This document shows, in pieces, positions 10,991 to 21,274 of a DNA stretch of 52,211 bases (position 1 is its first letter; every line of letters begins with the position of its first letter). The DNA comes from Methanobacteriota archaeon (GTDB lineage: Archaea; Thermoplasmatota; Poseidoniia; MGIII; CG-Epi1). The stretch is from positions 1 through 52,211 of the forward strand of contig JAAZXG010000005.1 in NCBI GenBank assembly GCA_014240255.1, in the 5' to 3' direction. The position numbers and the translations under genes are program-made. The notes beneath the pieces are model-generated. The model worked only from the letters and a program-made list of their open reading frames with translations. It made no database searches and had not been told where the DNA came from.

Positions 10991-11755
10991 GTGAATTATA
11001 TATCAGGTATCGAATCTGCGTTCAGGACTTACATTGGTGATGAATCCATTAATTTGTTGAAGAAGTCTATCATTGACAAGCCAATGATTTTGATAGCTGG
11101 AGCTCAATTAACTGGTAAGTCGACCCAAGCTAAAAATTTAGCTGAATATTTTGATGGAGAGTTTTATTCGGTTGGTAGCTTGTTTAGACAAGCTGCTAAA
11201 GAAAGAGGTATTACTGTTGCGGAACAGGCTCGTTTGTTACTGGTAGAAAGGGGCATTGATGTTGAAATAGATTACAAGACATGCCAGATGATAAGTGGCT
11301 CTAGTACGAATTCAAGTTTGGGTGTTGTTGAAGGAAGACAACCTGCATATATGGGAAGTTTTATGGCTAGTTTGGGTAAGAAAAATATAGTTAGATTATA
11401 CTTTCAGTGTTCTATTTTAGAACAAGCACTTAGATTTCTTAGAAGAGAGATTGGTGAAGAGTTTTATCAAATTGGCCGTAAATCTATTCCTAAAAAAGAG
11501 TATAAGAATTTAGAATCGTTAAGAAATGAAATTCAAAATTTAGACATAAAGGATAAACATAATACAATAGATAAATTTATAGAAAATCAAAATAGAGACA
11601 AAGATGATCGGCATAGATATTCTGAACTATATGGTTTTGATTATGGAAATCTAGATGGTTATGATATTATTATTGATACTAATGACAAGGAACCTGATGT
11701 TGTATTTGATATTGTCATAAAGGAATTGAAGGATTTTGGCTTTCGAACAAATTAA
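10991..11755 (+). CDS. cmk: Cytidylate kinase-like P-loop NMP kinase (elongated)
   Basis: GAQLTGKST, SVGSLFRQAAKERG, VVEGR, DRHRYSELYGFD, YDIIIDT. Confidence 0.65.
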   Translation: MNYISGIESAFRTYIGDESINLLKKSIIDKPMILIAGAQLTGKSTQAKNLAEYFDGEFYSVGSLFRQAAKERGITVAEQARLLLVERGIDVEIDYKTCQMISGSSTNSSLGVVEGRQPAYMGSFMASLGKKNIVRLYFQCSILEQALRFLRREIGEEFYQIGRKSIPKKEYKNLESLRNEIQNLDIKDKHNTIDKFIENQNRDKDDRHRYSELYGFDYGNLDGYDIIIDTNDKEPDVVFDIVIKELKDFGFRTN

Positions 11756-11780
11756 TAAACTACCTAATACAGTGACTAAC

Positions 11781-13241
11781 GTGGACCTATCTCCGAATGA
11801 AATAAAATTGCTCAAGTGTTTGAGAAGCGGAACACTTTCTCCTTTTGAAGCTTCGACAGAATCAGGTCTTGGTGAAAAAGAGACTATGTCTGCTGCATCT
11901 TGGCTTAGAAATAAGGGATTAATAGATATTTTGGAAGAATCTAAAGTTTATTACTTTGCTAATGAAGAAGGGAGAAAATATGCTGAGCAAGATTTACCTG
12001 AAAGAAGAGCGGTTGAATGGCTTAATCAAATTGGAGAATCAGTAATAGATGAATTACCCTTAGACGATAATGAAAAAAAGGTAGTTATTGGATGGCTTAA
12101 ACGAAAGAATTTTGCAAATTTAGAAAAGACTGAAGAAGGCCTTAAGCTCATTCCTACTGGAAATCTGGATCCGACACCTGATGAAGATTTATTAGTAAAA
12201 TTAAGTAGAAAAAATTTATTGGAAGACGAGATGGACAAACAAGGATTATCTTTGCTTAAAGGTAGACAATTATTGTCTACTAAAGAGGAAATTTCACGTC
12301 AATTTTCATTGACTGAGGCTGGATCTAACTTTGATGTAGATAGTATATCTGAAGATTTAATTGGTGAGATAACTCCTGAAATGCTTCAATCTGGAAGCTG
12401 GAAAAATACACAATTTCAAAAATACAGTCATGAAACAAATGTAGAACCTTCAAATATTTCGACACTCCACCCTTTAACTAGATTTACAGAAGAAATTAGG
12501 TCTATATTTCTTCAAATGGGGTTTACTGAGATCGATGGTGATTATGTAGAGTCAGCTTTTTGGAATATGGATGTTTTATTTATTCCTCAAGATCATCCTG
12601 CAAGAGAATTACAAGATACATTTTATCTTTCAGAACCTGCTTCTTTTATTATCAATGATGAAGAGTTATTAAGTAAAGTTAAATCAATACACGAAAATGG
12701 AGGAGATACAGAGTCAATTGGTTGGGGAAGTAAATGGAGCAAAGAAACGGCTCAGCAGGCACTTTTGAGAACACATACTACCGTAGGTACTATACGTTAT
12801 TTATCAAACAATCCTAAACCTCCCGTAAGAGTTTTCAGTGTTGGTCGGGTTTTTAGAAGAGAAGCCCTTGATGCAACTCATTTACCAGAATTTACCCAAG
12901 TTGAAGGAATAATAGTTGAACCAAATGCTAACTTCGGGATGTTAATTGGTGTACTCAAAGAATTTTACCACCGTATGGGTTTTGATGATGTTAGATTTAG
13001 ACCAGCTTATTTCCCCTATACTGAGCCTTCATTAGAGGTTGAAGTTAGATTTGGAGATAAGTGGTTAGAACTAGGCGGTGCCGGTATTTTTAGACCTGAA
13101 GTTACTGCACCTTTTGAAATCGAGAGTCCCGTTTTAGCGTGGGGTTTAGGTTTAGAAAGATTAGCAATGCTACGCTTAGGAATTAAAGATATTAGAATGT
13201 TATACCAAAGTGATCTTCAGTGGCTTAAAGAAACAGTTTAG
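11781..13241 (+). CDS. pheS: Phenylalanine--tRNA ligase alpha subunit (archaeal type)
   Basis: FWNMDVLFIPQDHPARELQDTF, LLRTHTT, DATHLPEFTQVEG, YFPYTEPS, GLGLERLAM. Start is uncertain (GTG 11781 or 11772; track TTG 11736). Confidence 0.95.
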   Translation: MDLSPNEIKLLKCLRSGTLSPFEASTESGLGEKETMSAASWLRNKGLIDILEESKVYYFANEEGRKYAEQDLPERRAVEWLNQIGESVIDELPLDDNEKKVVIGWLKRKNFANLEKTEEGLKLIPTGNLDPTPDEDLLVKLSRKNLLEDEMDKQGLSLLKGRQLLSTKEEISRQFSLTEAGSNFDVDSISEDLIGEITPEMLQSGSWKNTQFQKYSHETNVEPSNISTLHPLTRFTEEIRSIFLQMGFTEIDGDYVESAFWNMDVLFIPQDHPARELQDTFYLSEPASFIINDEELLSKVKSIHENGGDTESIGWGSKWSKETAQQALLRTHTTVGTIRYLSNNPKPPVRVFSVGRVFRREALDATHLPEFTQVEGIIVEPNANFGMLIGVLKEFYHRMGFDDVRFRPAYFPYTEPSLEVEVRFGDKWLELGGAGIFRPEVTAPFEIESPVLAWGLGLERLAMLRLGIKDIRMLYQSDLQWLKETV

Positions 13242-13414
13242 GCAATACTGATACTTACTTTCTTTATGACAATATTACTTCCATCTTGAACAAATGTAAC
13301 ATAAGACTGACCAGGCATTAATCCTAAGTCTTCTTCTACCCATTTAGGAAGATATATTCTTCGATTGATATCATATTTTTTCACATCAGTAACTTGCTCA
13401 TTCATATTACCCAT
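13238..13414 (-). CDS. Small AbrB/MazE/SpoVT-like DNA-binding protein
   Basis: KKYDINRRIYLPKWVEEDLGLMPGQSYVTFVQDGSNIVIKK fits the swapped-hairpin pattern. Likely ATG at 13414 or 13405. Confidence 0.65.
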   Translation of the reverse strand: MGNMNEQVTDVKKYDINRRIYLPKWVEEDLGLMPGQSYVTFVQDGSNIVIKKVSISIA

Positions 13415-13499
13415 ATAGTCAGACACTCTAAAAGGGTTATGGGTAATTAGGTTATTATGGAGTGTTAATTTTATCATCCCATTCTTTGTAGTAAGATTA

Positions 13500-14474
13500 A
13501 TGAGTATAATACGTATTGCAGTAACAGGAGCTGCAGGACAGATAGGCTATAGTTTACTTCCAAGAATTGCTGCTGGAGAAATGTTTGGTTATGAGTCAAA
13601 AATATCTTTACAATTATTAGAAATTCCACCTGCTTTAGAGGCTCTTAAAGGAGTCGCAATGGAACTTCAGGATTGTTCTTTTCCTCTTTTAGATGAAGTA
13701 ATAGTAACTTCTGATCCAGATGAAGCTTTCAGTAATGCTAATTTATGTCTTTTAGTGGGTAGTAAGCCAAGAGGTCCAGGAATGGAACGTTCCGACTTGC
13801 TTAGAGACAATGGAAAAATATTTGTAGGTCAAGGGAAATCAATTTCAGATAATGCTGCCGATGATTGTAGAATAGTAGTAGTTGGTAACCCTTGCAATAC
13901 AAATTGTATGATTGCTGCCGCTCAATCTAATCGCTTTGATTCTAATAGATTTACAGCGATGACTCGTCTTGATCAGAATAGAGCGGTTTCAATGCTTTCT
14001 CTAAAAGCCGGAGTGGATGTAACCAAAATTTCAGCTATGGCTATTTTTGGTAATCATAGCCCTACTATGTTTCCAGATTATTCTAATGCTCTTATTTCTG
14101 GAGAACCTGCTCCAAAAATAGTTGATGATGACAATTGGCTAAAAAATGAGTACATATCTGCCGTTGGTAAAAGAGGTGCAGCGATTATTAAAGCAAGAGG
14201 TCTTTCTAGTGCAGCTTCAGCAGCAAATGCCCTAATTAATCATGTTCAAAGTTTGTATACAGTCAGTGATGAAATACATTCAATAGTTGTTTGTAGTCAA
14301 GGTCAGTATGGTTTTGCAGAAGGAGTTTGGGCAGGTATGCCAGTTCGTACAGTGTCTCCAGGTAATTATGAGGTAATTGATAATTATGAACACGATGATT
14401 TTGCTAAGGAAGCATTAAAGAGAACAAATGATGAATTAGTATCCGAAAGAGAAATGGTTTCTGAATATCTTTAA
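13500..14474 (+). CDS. mdh: Malate dehydrogenase (dimeric bacterial/cytosolic type)
   Basis: [52 protein letters not shown]. Confidence 0.95.
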   Translation: MSIIRIAVTGAAGQIGYSLLPRIAAGEMFGYESKISLQLLEIPPALEALKGVAMELQDCSFPLLDEVIVTSDPDEAFSNANLCLLVGSKPRGPGMERSDLLRDNGKIFVGQGKSISDNAADDCRIVVVGNPCNTNCMIAAAQSNRFDSNRFTAMTRLDQNRAVSMLSLKAGVDVTKISAMAIFGNHSPTMFPDYSNALISGEPAPKIVDDDNWLKNEYISAVGKRGAAIIKARGLSSAASAANALINHVQSLYTVSDEIHSIVVCSQGQYGFAEGVWAGMPVRTVSPGNYEVIDNYEHDDFAKEALKRTNDELVSEREMVSEYL

Positions 14475-16033
14475 TCAGGTCCAGCTTTTGAGTAATCTCC
14501 AAAGCTTTCATATTTAACAAAATTATTTTTGAAAAGTGTTATCAATTCTTTGGCTTTATCATCATATGCATATTTATCTTCCCAAGTGTTTCGAGGATTT
14601 AGAATTTTAGAATCGACCTCAGGCACATTATCAGGAATTAGAATCTTAAAATTTAGATCTGGTGTAAATTCCACATTGTCTAATTCTCCTTCTAAGATTG
14701 CAGTTAACATTCTTCTAGTTACTGGTAAATCAATTCTTTCTCCAGTGCCATAAGCACCTCCACTCCACCCAGTATTCACTAACCATGCTTGAGCATTATG
14801 TTTCTTTAATTTTTCTCCTAGTAATTCAGCATAAGTTGTTGGATATTGAGGCATAAATGGTGCACCAAAACAAGTTGAGAATGTAGCAACAGGTTCAGTA
14901 ATTCCCTGCTCAGTTCCTGCTACTTTTGCAGTGTATCCACTTAAGAAATGGTACATTGCCATTTCAGGAGTAAGTTTAGAGATAGGAGGTAAAACACCAA
15001 AAGCATCACATGTAAGAAAAATGACATTATTTGGATGTCCGCCTTGTTCAGTTGGTTCTATATTGTTAATGTAATTTATAGGGTACGAAACTCTAGTATT
15101 TTCAGTTATAGATCCATCACTGTAGTCAACAACTCCCTTTTCATCAGTTATAACATTTTCTAGCAATGCACCGGGTCTAATTGCATTGAAAATATCAGGT
15201 TCTTTAGATGAATCTAAATTAATTGTTTTTGCATAACAACCACCTTCAAAATTAAAAATTCCGCTATCCGACCAGCCGTGTTCATCATCTCCAATTAATC
15301 TTCTATTTGGATCAGTTGAAAGAGTTGTTTTTCCAGTTCCACTGAGTCCAAAGAATAAAGCAGAATCTTCATTTTTACCTATATTCGCAGAACAGTGCAT
15401 AGGCATCACTCCTTCTAATGGTAAATAGTAATTTAAGGCAGAAAATATCGATTTTTTTATTTCACCACCATATTCTGTCCCTCCAATAATTGCCATTTTC
15501 TTCTCGAGATTTAGGACAATAAATACTTTCGAGTTAAGACCAAGTTCTTTCCAATTTTCTATTTCAGTAGAAGATGCGTTAAGAATAGTGAATTCAGGTT
15601 TGAAATTTTCCAATTCATTTTCAGTTGGCCTAATGAACATATTATGAGAAAAATGTCCTTGCCATGATTTCATAGTAACTACGCGAAGAGGTAATTGATA
15701 TCTTTTATCAGCTCCTGCAAATCCATCAAAAATGAATAGTTCGTTATTGTCCATTTCCTTCTTTACAGCAGCTTCTAAAATACTGAATGATTTTTCACTA
15801 AGCGGTAGATTAACATCACCCCAATCAATTAGATTTTCATTAGACTTATTTTTAACAATAAATCTATCATTTGGAGATCTGCCAGTGTATATCCCAGTAT
15901 TGACAATTACAGTTCCATTTTCCGATAGTCTACCTTCTTCTCTTTTTAGTTCCTGCTCCCTCCATTCTTCTTGTGAAAGGTTACAATATATTGCCGATGG
16001 ATTAATGTCCATCTGCCTTAATTGTTGAAGCAT
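14471..16033 (-). CDS. pckA: Phosphoenolpyruvate carboxykinase (ATP)
   Basis: [61 protein letters not shown]. Confidence 0.95.
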   Translation of the reverse strand: MLQQLRQMDINPSAIYCNLSQEEWREQELKREEGRLSENGTVIVNTGIYTGRSPNDRFIVKNKSNENLIDWGDVNLPLSEKSFSILEAAVKKEMDNNELFIFDGFAGADKRYQLPLRVVTMKSWQGHFSHNMFIRPTENELENFKPEFTILNASSTEIENWKELGLNSKVFIVLNLEKKMAIIGGTEYGGEIKKSIFSALNYYLPLEGVMPMHCSANIGKNEDSALFFGLSGTGKTTLSTDPNRRLIGDDEHGWSDSGIFNFEGGCYAKTINLDSSKEPDIFNAIRPGALLENVITDEKGVVDYSDGSITENTRVSYPINYINNIEPTEQGGHPNNVIFLTCDAFGVLPPISKLTPEMAMYHFLSGYTAKVAGTEQGITEPVATFSTCFGAPFMPQYPTTYAELLGEKLKKHNAQAWLVNTGWSGGAYGTGERIDLPVTRRMLTAILEGELDNVEFTPDLNFKILIPDNVPEVDSKILNPRNTWEDKYAYDDKAKELITLFKNNFVKYESFGDYSKAGPD

Positions 16034-16215
16034 ATTGCGATGGACACAAAACTGTATTTATAATTGAGGGAGGGTTACCAACCTTCAAAATGCATATAAA
16101 GAGGGATTATTGGTAATAATTTTTTTTGACTTTAAGTCTTATTTGGGCCTTTCTAATGGCTATGAGTAGAAAAATGGTTTGTAACGTTAAACCTCGTGTG
16201 AAAGAGACCTTATCT

Positions 16216-16291
16216 GGGCCGGTGGTCTAGGGGTTATGACGTCGCCCTTACAAGGCGAAGATCGGCGGTTCGATTCCGCCCCGGCCCACCA
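16216..16291 (+). tRNA. tRNA-Val(TAC), CCA encoded, no intron
   Basis: Acceptor GGGCCGG/CCGGCCC+A+CCA; anticodon arm TCGCC-CT TAC AA-GGCGA; T arm GGCGG-TTCGATT-CCGCC. Confidence 0.95.
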
Positions 16292-16310
16292 TTCTCGTCG
16301 CAAGCAAAAA

Positions 16311-17051
16311 ATGCTAGGTCAGAATTTTTTAATTGATAACAATATAGCTCAGAGAATAGTTAAAGCATCATCCATTGAGGCCGATGAAGATATTTTAGAG
16401 ATTGGTCCTGGAAGGGGTGCACTCACTGAACTATTGATAGAAAAAGGAAATTTATTAGCAGTTGAAAAAGATAAGTGGTTGGCAGTTGTATTGAAACAGA
16501 AACTTGGTAAAAGAGCTCAGATTATTGAAGATGATATTCTTAAGTTTGAGATTCCCAAAGTTGATGTTATCGTAGCTAATTTACCCTATTCTATTTCTTC
16601 ACCAATTTTGTTTAGGCTATTTAATTATGAATGGAAACGAGCAATTCTAATGTTCCAAGAAGAATTTGCAAATCGTCTTGTAGCTAAGCCAGGTTCCAAA
16701 GTATATGGGCGATTATCAATAATGGCAAATCATTATGTCAAAACAAAAAAGCTTTTTAGAGTATCCAAAACAGCGTTTCAACCTCAACCAAAGATACATT
16801 CTCAAGTTGTGCATTTAGTTCGTCGTGACCCCGATTATGAATTAGCTGATTTCGCTACATTTGAGCGTGTTGTCAGATCAATGTTTACACATCGAAGAAA
16901 GAAAATCCGTAATTGTCTAAAGCTTGATTTTCCAAATTTGGATTTAGATGATTTAGATAATATGAATGAAAGAGCTGAAGTATTAGAACCAAAAGAAATT
17001 GCAAACTTATCTAATCTAATATATTCTCGGATTTCAAAAGAGGCCCTTTAG
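16311..17051 (+). CDS. rsmA: 16S rRNA m6,2A dimethyltransferase RsmA/KsgA
   Basis: GQNFL, LEIGPGRG, ANLPYSIS, YGRLS, FQPQPKIHS, FTHRRKKIRN. Start is ATG 16311, or ATG 16236 inside the tRNA. Confidence 0.93.
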   Translation: MLGQNFLIDNNIAQRIVKASSIEADEDILEIGPGRGALTELLIEKGNLLAVEKDKWLAVVLKQKLGKRAQIIEDDILKFEIPKVDVIVANLPYSISSPILFRLFNYEWKRAILMFQEEFANRLVAKPGSKVYGRLSIMANHYVKTKKLFRVSKTAFQPQPKIHSQVVHLVRRDPDYELADFATFERVVRSMFTHRRKKIRNCLKLDFPNLDLDDLDNMNERAEVLEPKEIANLSNLIYSRISKEAL

Positions 17052-17375
17052 TAAAAGCATATCCATTATACTAGCCTTAACTTTTAGATCTCCAGACATA
17101 TATGCCTTAATTGGATGAATATTTTTTTGTAATAGAGCTATTATTATTTCTGAAGACGCAGTAACAACCACGTCCGCTGTCGAATCTTCAGTTTCCTGAA
17201 AACTCTCTATTTTTAAATTTTCCAATTTCGTTGAATAATTTTTTCCATCTGATATACAAATACATATACTTCTATTTTTCCCTTCAATTTTTTTAGAGAA
17301 GGTTGGCTCATCATTTATTCTTGAATTAAATTCTAGAACTTTTTCTTCAAGCTTTGTTGCTACTTTATTTATCAT
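17034..17375 (-). CDS. SCP2 sterol/lipid-binding domain protein
   Basis: ADVVVTASSEIIIALLQKNIHPIKAYMSGDLKVKASIMD is the typical SCP2 C-terminal pattern. Confidence 0.8.
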   Translation of the reverse strand: MINKVATKLEEKVLEFNSRINDEPTFSKKIEGKNRSICICISDGKNYSTKLENLKIESFQETEDSTADVVVTASSEIIIALLQKNIHPIKAYMSGDLKVKASIMDMLLLKGLF

Positions 17376-18018
17376 TATTTATACCAAAATCGTTAAGCGT
17401 TTTTACAGGACGTATCCTCTCTAAAGTTTTCCAACTTTTTCTTGTTCCTGCAGGCCACTTGTTATTGGCAGAATAAAAGCTCTTCAAAAACTTAATTGTC
17501 CTTTCATCGGAAGGATATCCACTTCCAAAATCTCCGATTTTATCTTTAAGTTTGCGTATTTCATGCTCTCTTGTTTCTTTTGCAATTATAGAAGCTGCAG
17601 CAACAACCAATATTTTTGCATCGGCCTTATGCATAGATATTATATCAGTATCTTTTTGATTTGTTAATCCCGATTTAATTTGGATTCCAAAACGTTGCTC
17701 ATTAACATCGGCAGCATCAACATAAGCTATGTTTGGATCTAATTTAGATATTAGCTTTCCGAATGCTTCACGATTCAAATCATTTAATTTATTTTTTTTA
17801 CGGTATTCATCAACTATTTTAGGTTCTATTACTTCAACTGCAAAAGTAAACTTTTCTTTTATAATTTCAGATAATTCCTTTCTTTTTGTTTTCGTTAGCA
17901 ATTTTGAATCTCGAATTCCTAAGTTTTCTATTTCTTTAGCATTATTAACGGCAACTGCAGCCACAACTAATGGCCCCATTACAGGTCCTTTTCCAGCTTC
18001 ATCAACTCCACAAATCAT
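17365..18018 (-). CDS. rnhB: Ribonuclease HII
   Basis: GVDEAGKGPVMGP, DSKLL, VAAASIIAK, GSGYPSD. Confidence 0.95.
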   Translation of the reverse strand: MICGVDEAGKGPVMGPLVVAAVAVNNAKEIENLGIRDSKLLTKTKRKELSEIIKEKFTFAVEVIEPKIVDEYRKKNKLNDLNREAFGKLISKLDPNIAYVDAADVNEQRFGIQIKSGLTNQKDTDIISMHKADAKILVVAAASIIAKETREHEIRKLKDKIGDFGSGYPSDERTIKFLKSFYSANNKWPAGTRKSWKTLERIRPVKTLNDFGINNDK

Positions 18019-19211
18019 GCTTCAAGTACCAAGTGAGCCCATTTCCTAGCCATGAAGTAAATTGCTGCTTTTTCAGGAAGTTCTACTACACTATTAGGTT
18101 TTAGTTTAGCCAGTCCGTCTCCCATTGTTACAGGATGATTTACTATAGAGCGTACTTTAATCAATTTTTCTCCAAAAGCAGTTGCTTCTTTCATTGGATC
18201 AAATGTTTCTAATTTGACTGAATCCATTACAGTTACTTTCAGGCCAGAGCCCCCATGTAATGACCCAGGTAAGCGTATTAGTCGGTGTATATCTCCGGTT
18301 ACAGGTTCATCAGGATGAATTGCCGTTTCTTTTAATGCAATTCTAACAAGTTTTTTTTTAGGGGCTTTAGGCATTTTATTGAAAATTTCTTCATTCGTAT
18401 TTTTTGCATTAAATGTTATATTTCTTAATCCTAATCTTTTCATACAGTTCTTTCTTTCTTCTTTATCTAATTCTCTTAGATTATCTAATGTTTGGTGTAT
18501 ATGTCTAGTGATAATTCCCTGCCATCCTTTCGATTCTTTTTTCGGGAGTTTTTCAACACCAATATTCTTTCTTTCGACTCCCCTTCCTCTAATAGGATAT
18601 TCTTTCGTGTATCCTGCATCAATCAAAATTTTGTTTAAATCTAATCCTTTTCCAGTAAGATAATCTGCAATTTCTCTTCTAGCTCCAGATGGTAGTGTTA
18701 ACACATCAGGTGTTCTTACATGGACATGGTACCCTCTTCCACCGCTGAAGGTTATTAACAAATCATTCTCGTTTAAGCCAAAATCACCCAATAATACATC
18801 GACAACTAATCTATATGTTTGTTCTCTAATATAATCCATAAGTTTAGAAAACGTAATTTTTCCTTTTTTTACTTCTTCCATTTCTGGTAAATGATCAGCA
18901 TCTAAATCAAAGATTAAGTCCGCTCCCATCCATTCCTTATCAATCATTGTATTTTTCCCTGGGTCTTTGTAATAGGCAACAGAATGATAACTATGTGCTG
19001 GAGCTACTTTAATCAAATATTTTTTAACCTCACTTATGCTCCTAAATTTTTGATGCCGATTCATTATTCCTCCATCCCAGCTAAGAAAGCCCCACTCTCT
19101 GGCCGTGAACCTAGGGGGCAGTGTAATATCGGCATTACGGTAGTATTCCTGAAATTTTTCTTTCAAGAAATCTCGAGTTTTAATGGGTTCAATATCTTTT
19201 AGAAAGCTCAT
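18015..19211 (-). CDS. priS: DNA primase catalytic subunit PriS
   Basis: REWGF, GADLIFDLDAD, FSGGRGYHVH, DEPVTGDIHRLIRLPGSLHG. Confidence 0.93.
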   Translation of the reverse strand: MSFLKDIEPIKTRDFLKEKFQEYYRNADITLPPRFTAREWGFLSWDGGIMNRHQKFRSISEVKKYLIKVAPAHSYHSVAYYKDPGKNTMIDKEWMGADLIFDLDADHLPEMEEVKKGKITFSKLMDYIREQTYRLVVDVLLGDFGLNENDLLITFSGGRGYHVHVRTPDVLTLPSGARREIADYLTGKGLDLNKILIDAGYTKEYPIRGRGVERKNIGVEKLPKKESKGWQGIITRHIHQTLDNLRELDKEERKNCMKRLGLRNITFNAKNTNEEIFNKMPKAPKKKLVRIALKETAIHPDEPVTGDIHRLIRLPGSLHGGSGLKVTVMDSVKLETFDPMKEATAFGEKLIKVRSIVNHPVTMGDGLAKLKPNSVVELPEKAAIYFMARKWAHLVLEA

Positions 19212-19612
19212 CCTATTACTTTATACCAAGATTTCTTAGCACCCATTATTCCTTGACTAAACCACCCGTTTCTCAATTTTTGAGTTATAGTATATTCCCA
19301 TGGCTTTCGCGGTAAGCGTTCAGAAAATAGTTGTAATAATTCTATTATTTTTGAATTGTCTTCTCCTCTAGCTTCAATATAGGTTATATTTCCAGAATTA
19401 GGCCTTTCTTCCCATACATCTATAGTGGCTGAGATATTTTTTATAATATATCTGTAAACCATAGCTGTTCTTTCAAGAGCGATTACTATTGCAACACTAC
19501 TGTAAGAACGATGCACATTCTTTCTTTCATAACTATATTCTAATTCATCTAATAAACTCCTTAGTGCGGTAGCTGTAGATTTAGATTCAAAACAAACGGG
19601 TAGTTTTACCAA
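19208..19612 (-). CDS. Hypothetical protein
   Basis: 134-aa ORF overlapping both pheT and priS in the same orientation. Confidence 0.6.
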   Translation of the reverse strand: MVKLPVCFESKSTATALRSLLDELEYSYERKNVHRSYSSVAIVIALERTAMVYRYIIKNISATIDVWEERPNSGNITYIEARGEDNSKIIELLQLFSERLPRKPWEYTITQKLRNGWFSQGIMGAKKSWYKVIG

Positions 19613-21219
19613 TGAATTTCTCCACCAATTGCAGGATAACCTATCTCTAATTTTTCTAAAATACGGGGGTGGATTTCGCCATATTTTAAGAGAAGTCCAT
19701 CATTTTCAATTTGAACACTTCTTCCAGAAATAAAAACGGGATCTTCACAATCAGTATTTTCTCCAGAGATCCTTAATCTTTGGGCAATCATTTCAGCTGT
19801 AGCTTTTGCATTAGAGAATGTTGATTTAGTAGCCAATTCAATCCAAGCTAGAGATTTATGATTAGTGTGATCTATTATAATATCTCCAAATTCAAAGATT
19901 CGTTGAGGTAATTCTCTGTGTTTATTGCTTTTTAAAAGTTCTAGTAAATTTGGTAAAATACTAGAACGGAGCATGTGATAGTCTTCAGTGACTGGATTGG
20001 AAACAGTTGCTTCATTATTATTTTCCCTTTTAGTAACTTCATGGAGCATTTTTGAGGAAGTCAATGTAAGAGTAACCACTTCTTGAAAACCAATGCCCAA
20101 CATAGTTTCTCTACAGTTGTTACCTAGTTTTCTGGATTGAAGTGCTTTTCCAAACGTAACTTCACGAGGTAATTGCTCAGGTAAGTTATCATATCCTAAC
20201 CCGATAGCGACTTCTTCTAATAAATCAACAGGATGAAGTATATCTGCTCTATATGCTGGAACTTTAACATGCCATGTTCCATCTTTTAGATCAGGTTCCA
20301 TAGCACATTTTCTAAATGCTTTAAAAATAGCAAAATTTTCAGGATCAAAGCCCAATAGGTTAATCAAATAATCGTTTTCAATTTTGTGAATTTTCGGTTT
20401 CATATTAGGTACAACTATATTTTCGGTGGGGTATCTAATTTCTAGTTGCTCTATCTCTCCCCCTCTCTCAACTAAAGCTGCAGCTACAATGTTCAGACAT
20501 GCTTCAACAGCATCTCTATCCAGTCCAGTAACATCAATCAAGACCTCTGTCGTGTCCTCTTTAATGGTGGTTAATGCACCATTAATAATTGGGGGCATTG
20601 ACGCCACTTCACCGGCCGAATCAGTAATTAATGGGTATTTATCAAAATCAGTTAAAAGATGTGCATATTCAATTCCTTTAGGATGCTCTTTAAGAATTTC
20701 TTCCGGAGTCATTTCATATTCTTTTTGAAGAGGAACAAATGCAGGTTCATGAGGCGAACATGTAGTGTATTGGAAAGGTGGTTTAAGTTTAGCCAAATCA
20801 TGAATTCCAATAGATACTTTACTTCTTCGACGGCCCAAAGTAACATGTAATTTCTCTTGAAGTTCCATTAAGCATTTGATAGAAGTATTGTCCAGTTTAA
20901 TGTCTCTTACAATAGCGCCTAATACTTCAGGCCTAATCTCCAAAACTTCTTTAGATATAATCATGTGAGTAGAAGGTGATTTAGTTACATAATCAACAAG
21001 TCCTAGTTGTTGTTCAGAAAAAGCCCTGATAGCTCTTGCTACGCCTTCGGTAGATAGTAAATCGGGTCTATCTGGAAAAAATTCAACAATTGCTTCTTCA
21101 TTATTAATTTCATCCGGATCGGATCCAATTTGAGAAATTATTTTTGAGAAATCGTCGGAACTAATCGGCTCTTTGAGCATTCGATTGAGGTCATTAAGTT
21201 CGATGTTGATTACAGGCAT
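19606..21219 (-). CDS. pheT: Phenylalanine--tRNA ligase beta subunit
   Basis: PDRPDLLSTEG, LQEKLHVTLGRRR, SMPPIIN, PAYRADILHPVDLLEEVAIG. Confidence 0.95.
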   Translation of the reverse strand: MPVINIELNDLNRMLKEPISSDDFSKIISQIGSDPDEINNEEAIVEFFPDRPDLLSTEGVARAIRAFSEQQLGLVDYVTKSPSTHMIISKEVLEIRPEVLGAIVRDIKLDNTSIKCLMELQEKLHVTLGRRRSKVSIGIHDLAKLKPPFQYTTCSPHEPAFVPLQKEYEMTPEEILKEHPKGIEYAHLLTDFDKYPLITDSAGEVASMPPIINGALTTIKEDTTEVLIDVTGLDRDAVEACLNIVAAALVERGGEIEQLEIRYPTENIVVPNMKPKIHKIENDYLINLLGFDPENFAIFKAFRKCAMEPDLKDGTWHVKVPAYRADILHPVDLLEEVAIGLGYDNLPEQLPREVTFGKALQSRKLGNNCRETMLGIGFQEVVTLTLTSSKMLHEVTKRENNNEATVSNPVTEDYHMLRSSILPNLLELLKSNKHRELPQRIFEFGDIIIDHTNHKSLAWIELATKSTFSNAKATAEMIAQRLRISGENTDCEDPVFISGRSVQIENDGLLLKYGEIHPRILEKLEIGYPAIGGEIHW

Positions 21220-21274
21220 CTTAACCCCTTAATTAATGCCATTATAAGCCAATATCTCGACAATTACAATATTA

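Noticed and set aside
16260-16291. tRNA-Val 3' end as an integration site
   Set aside because: No duplicated tRNA 3' fragment, integrase or foreign gene block seen in the window.
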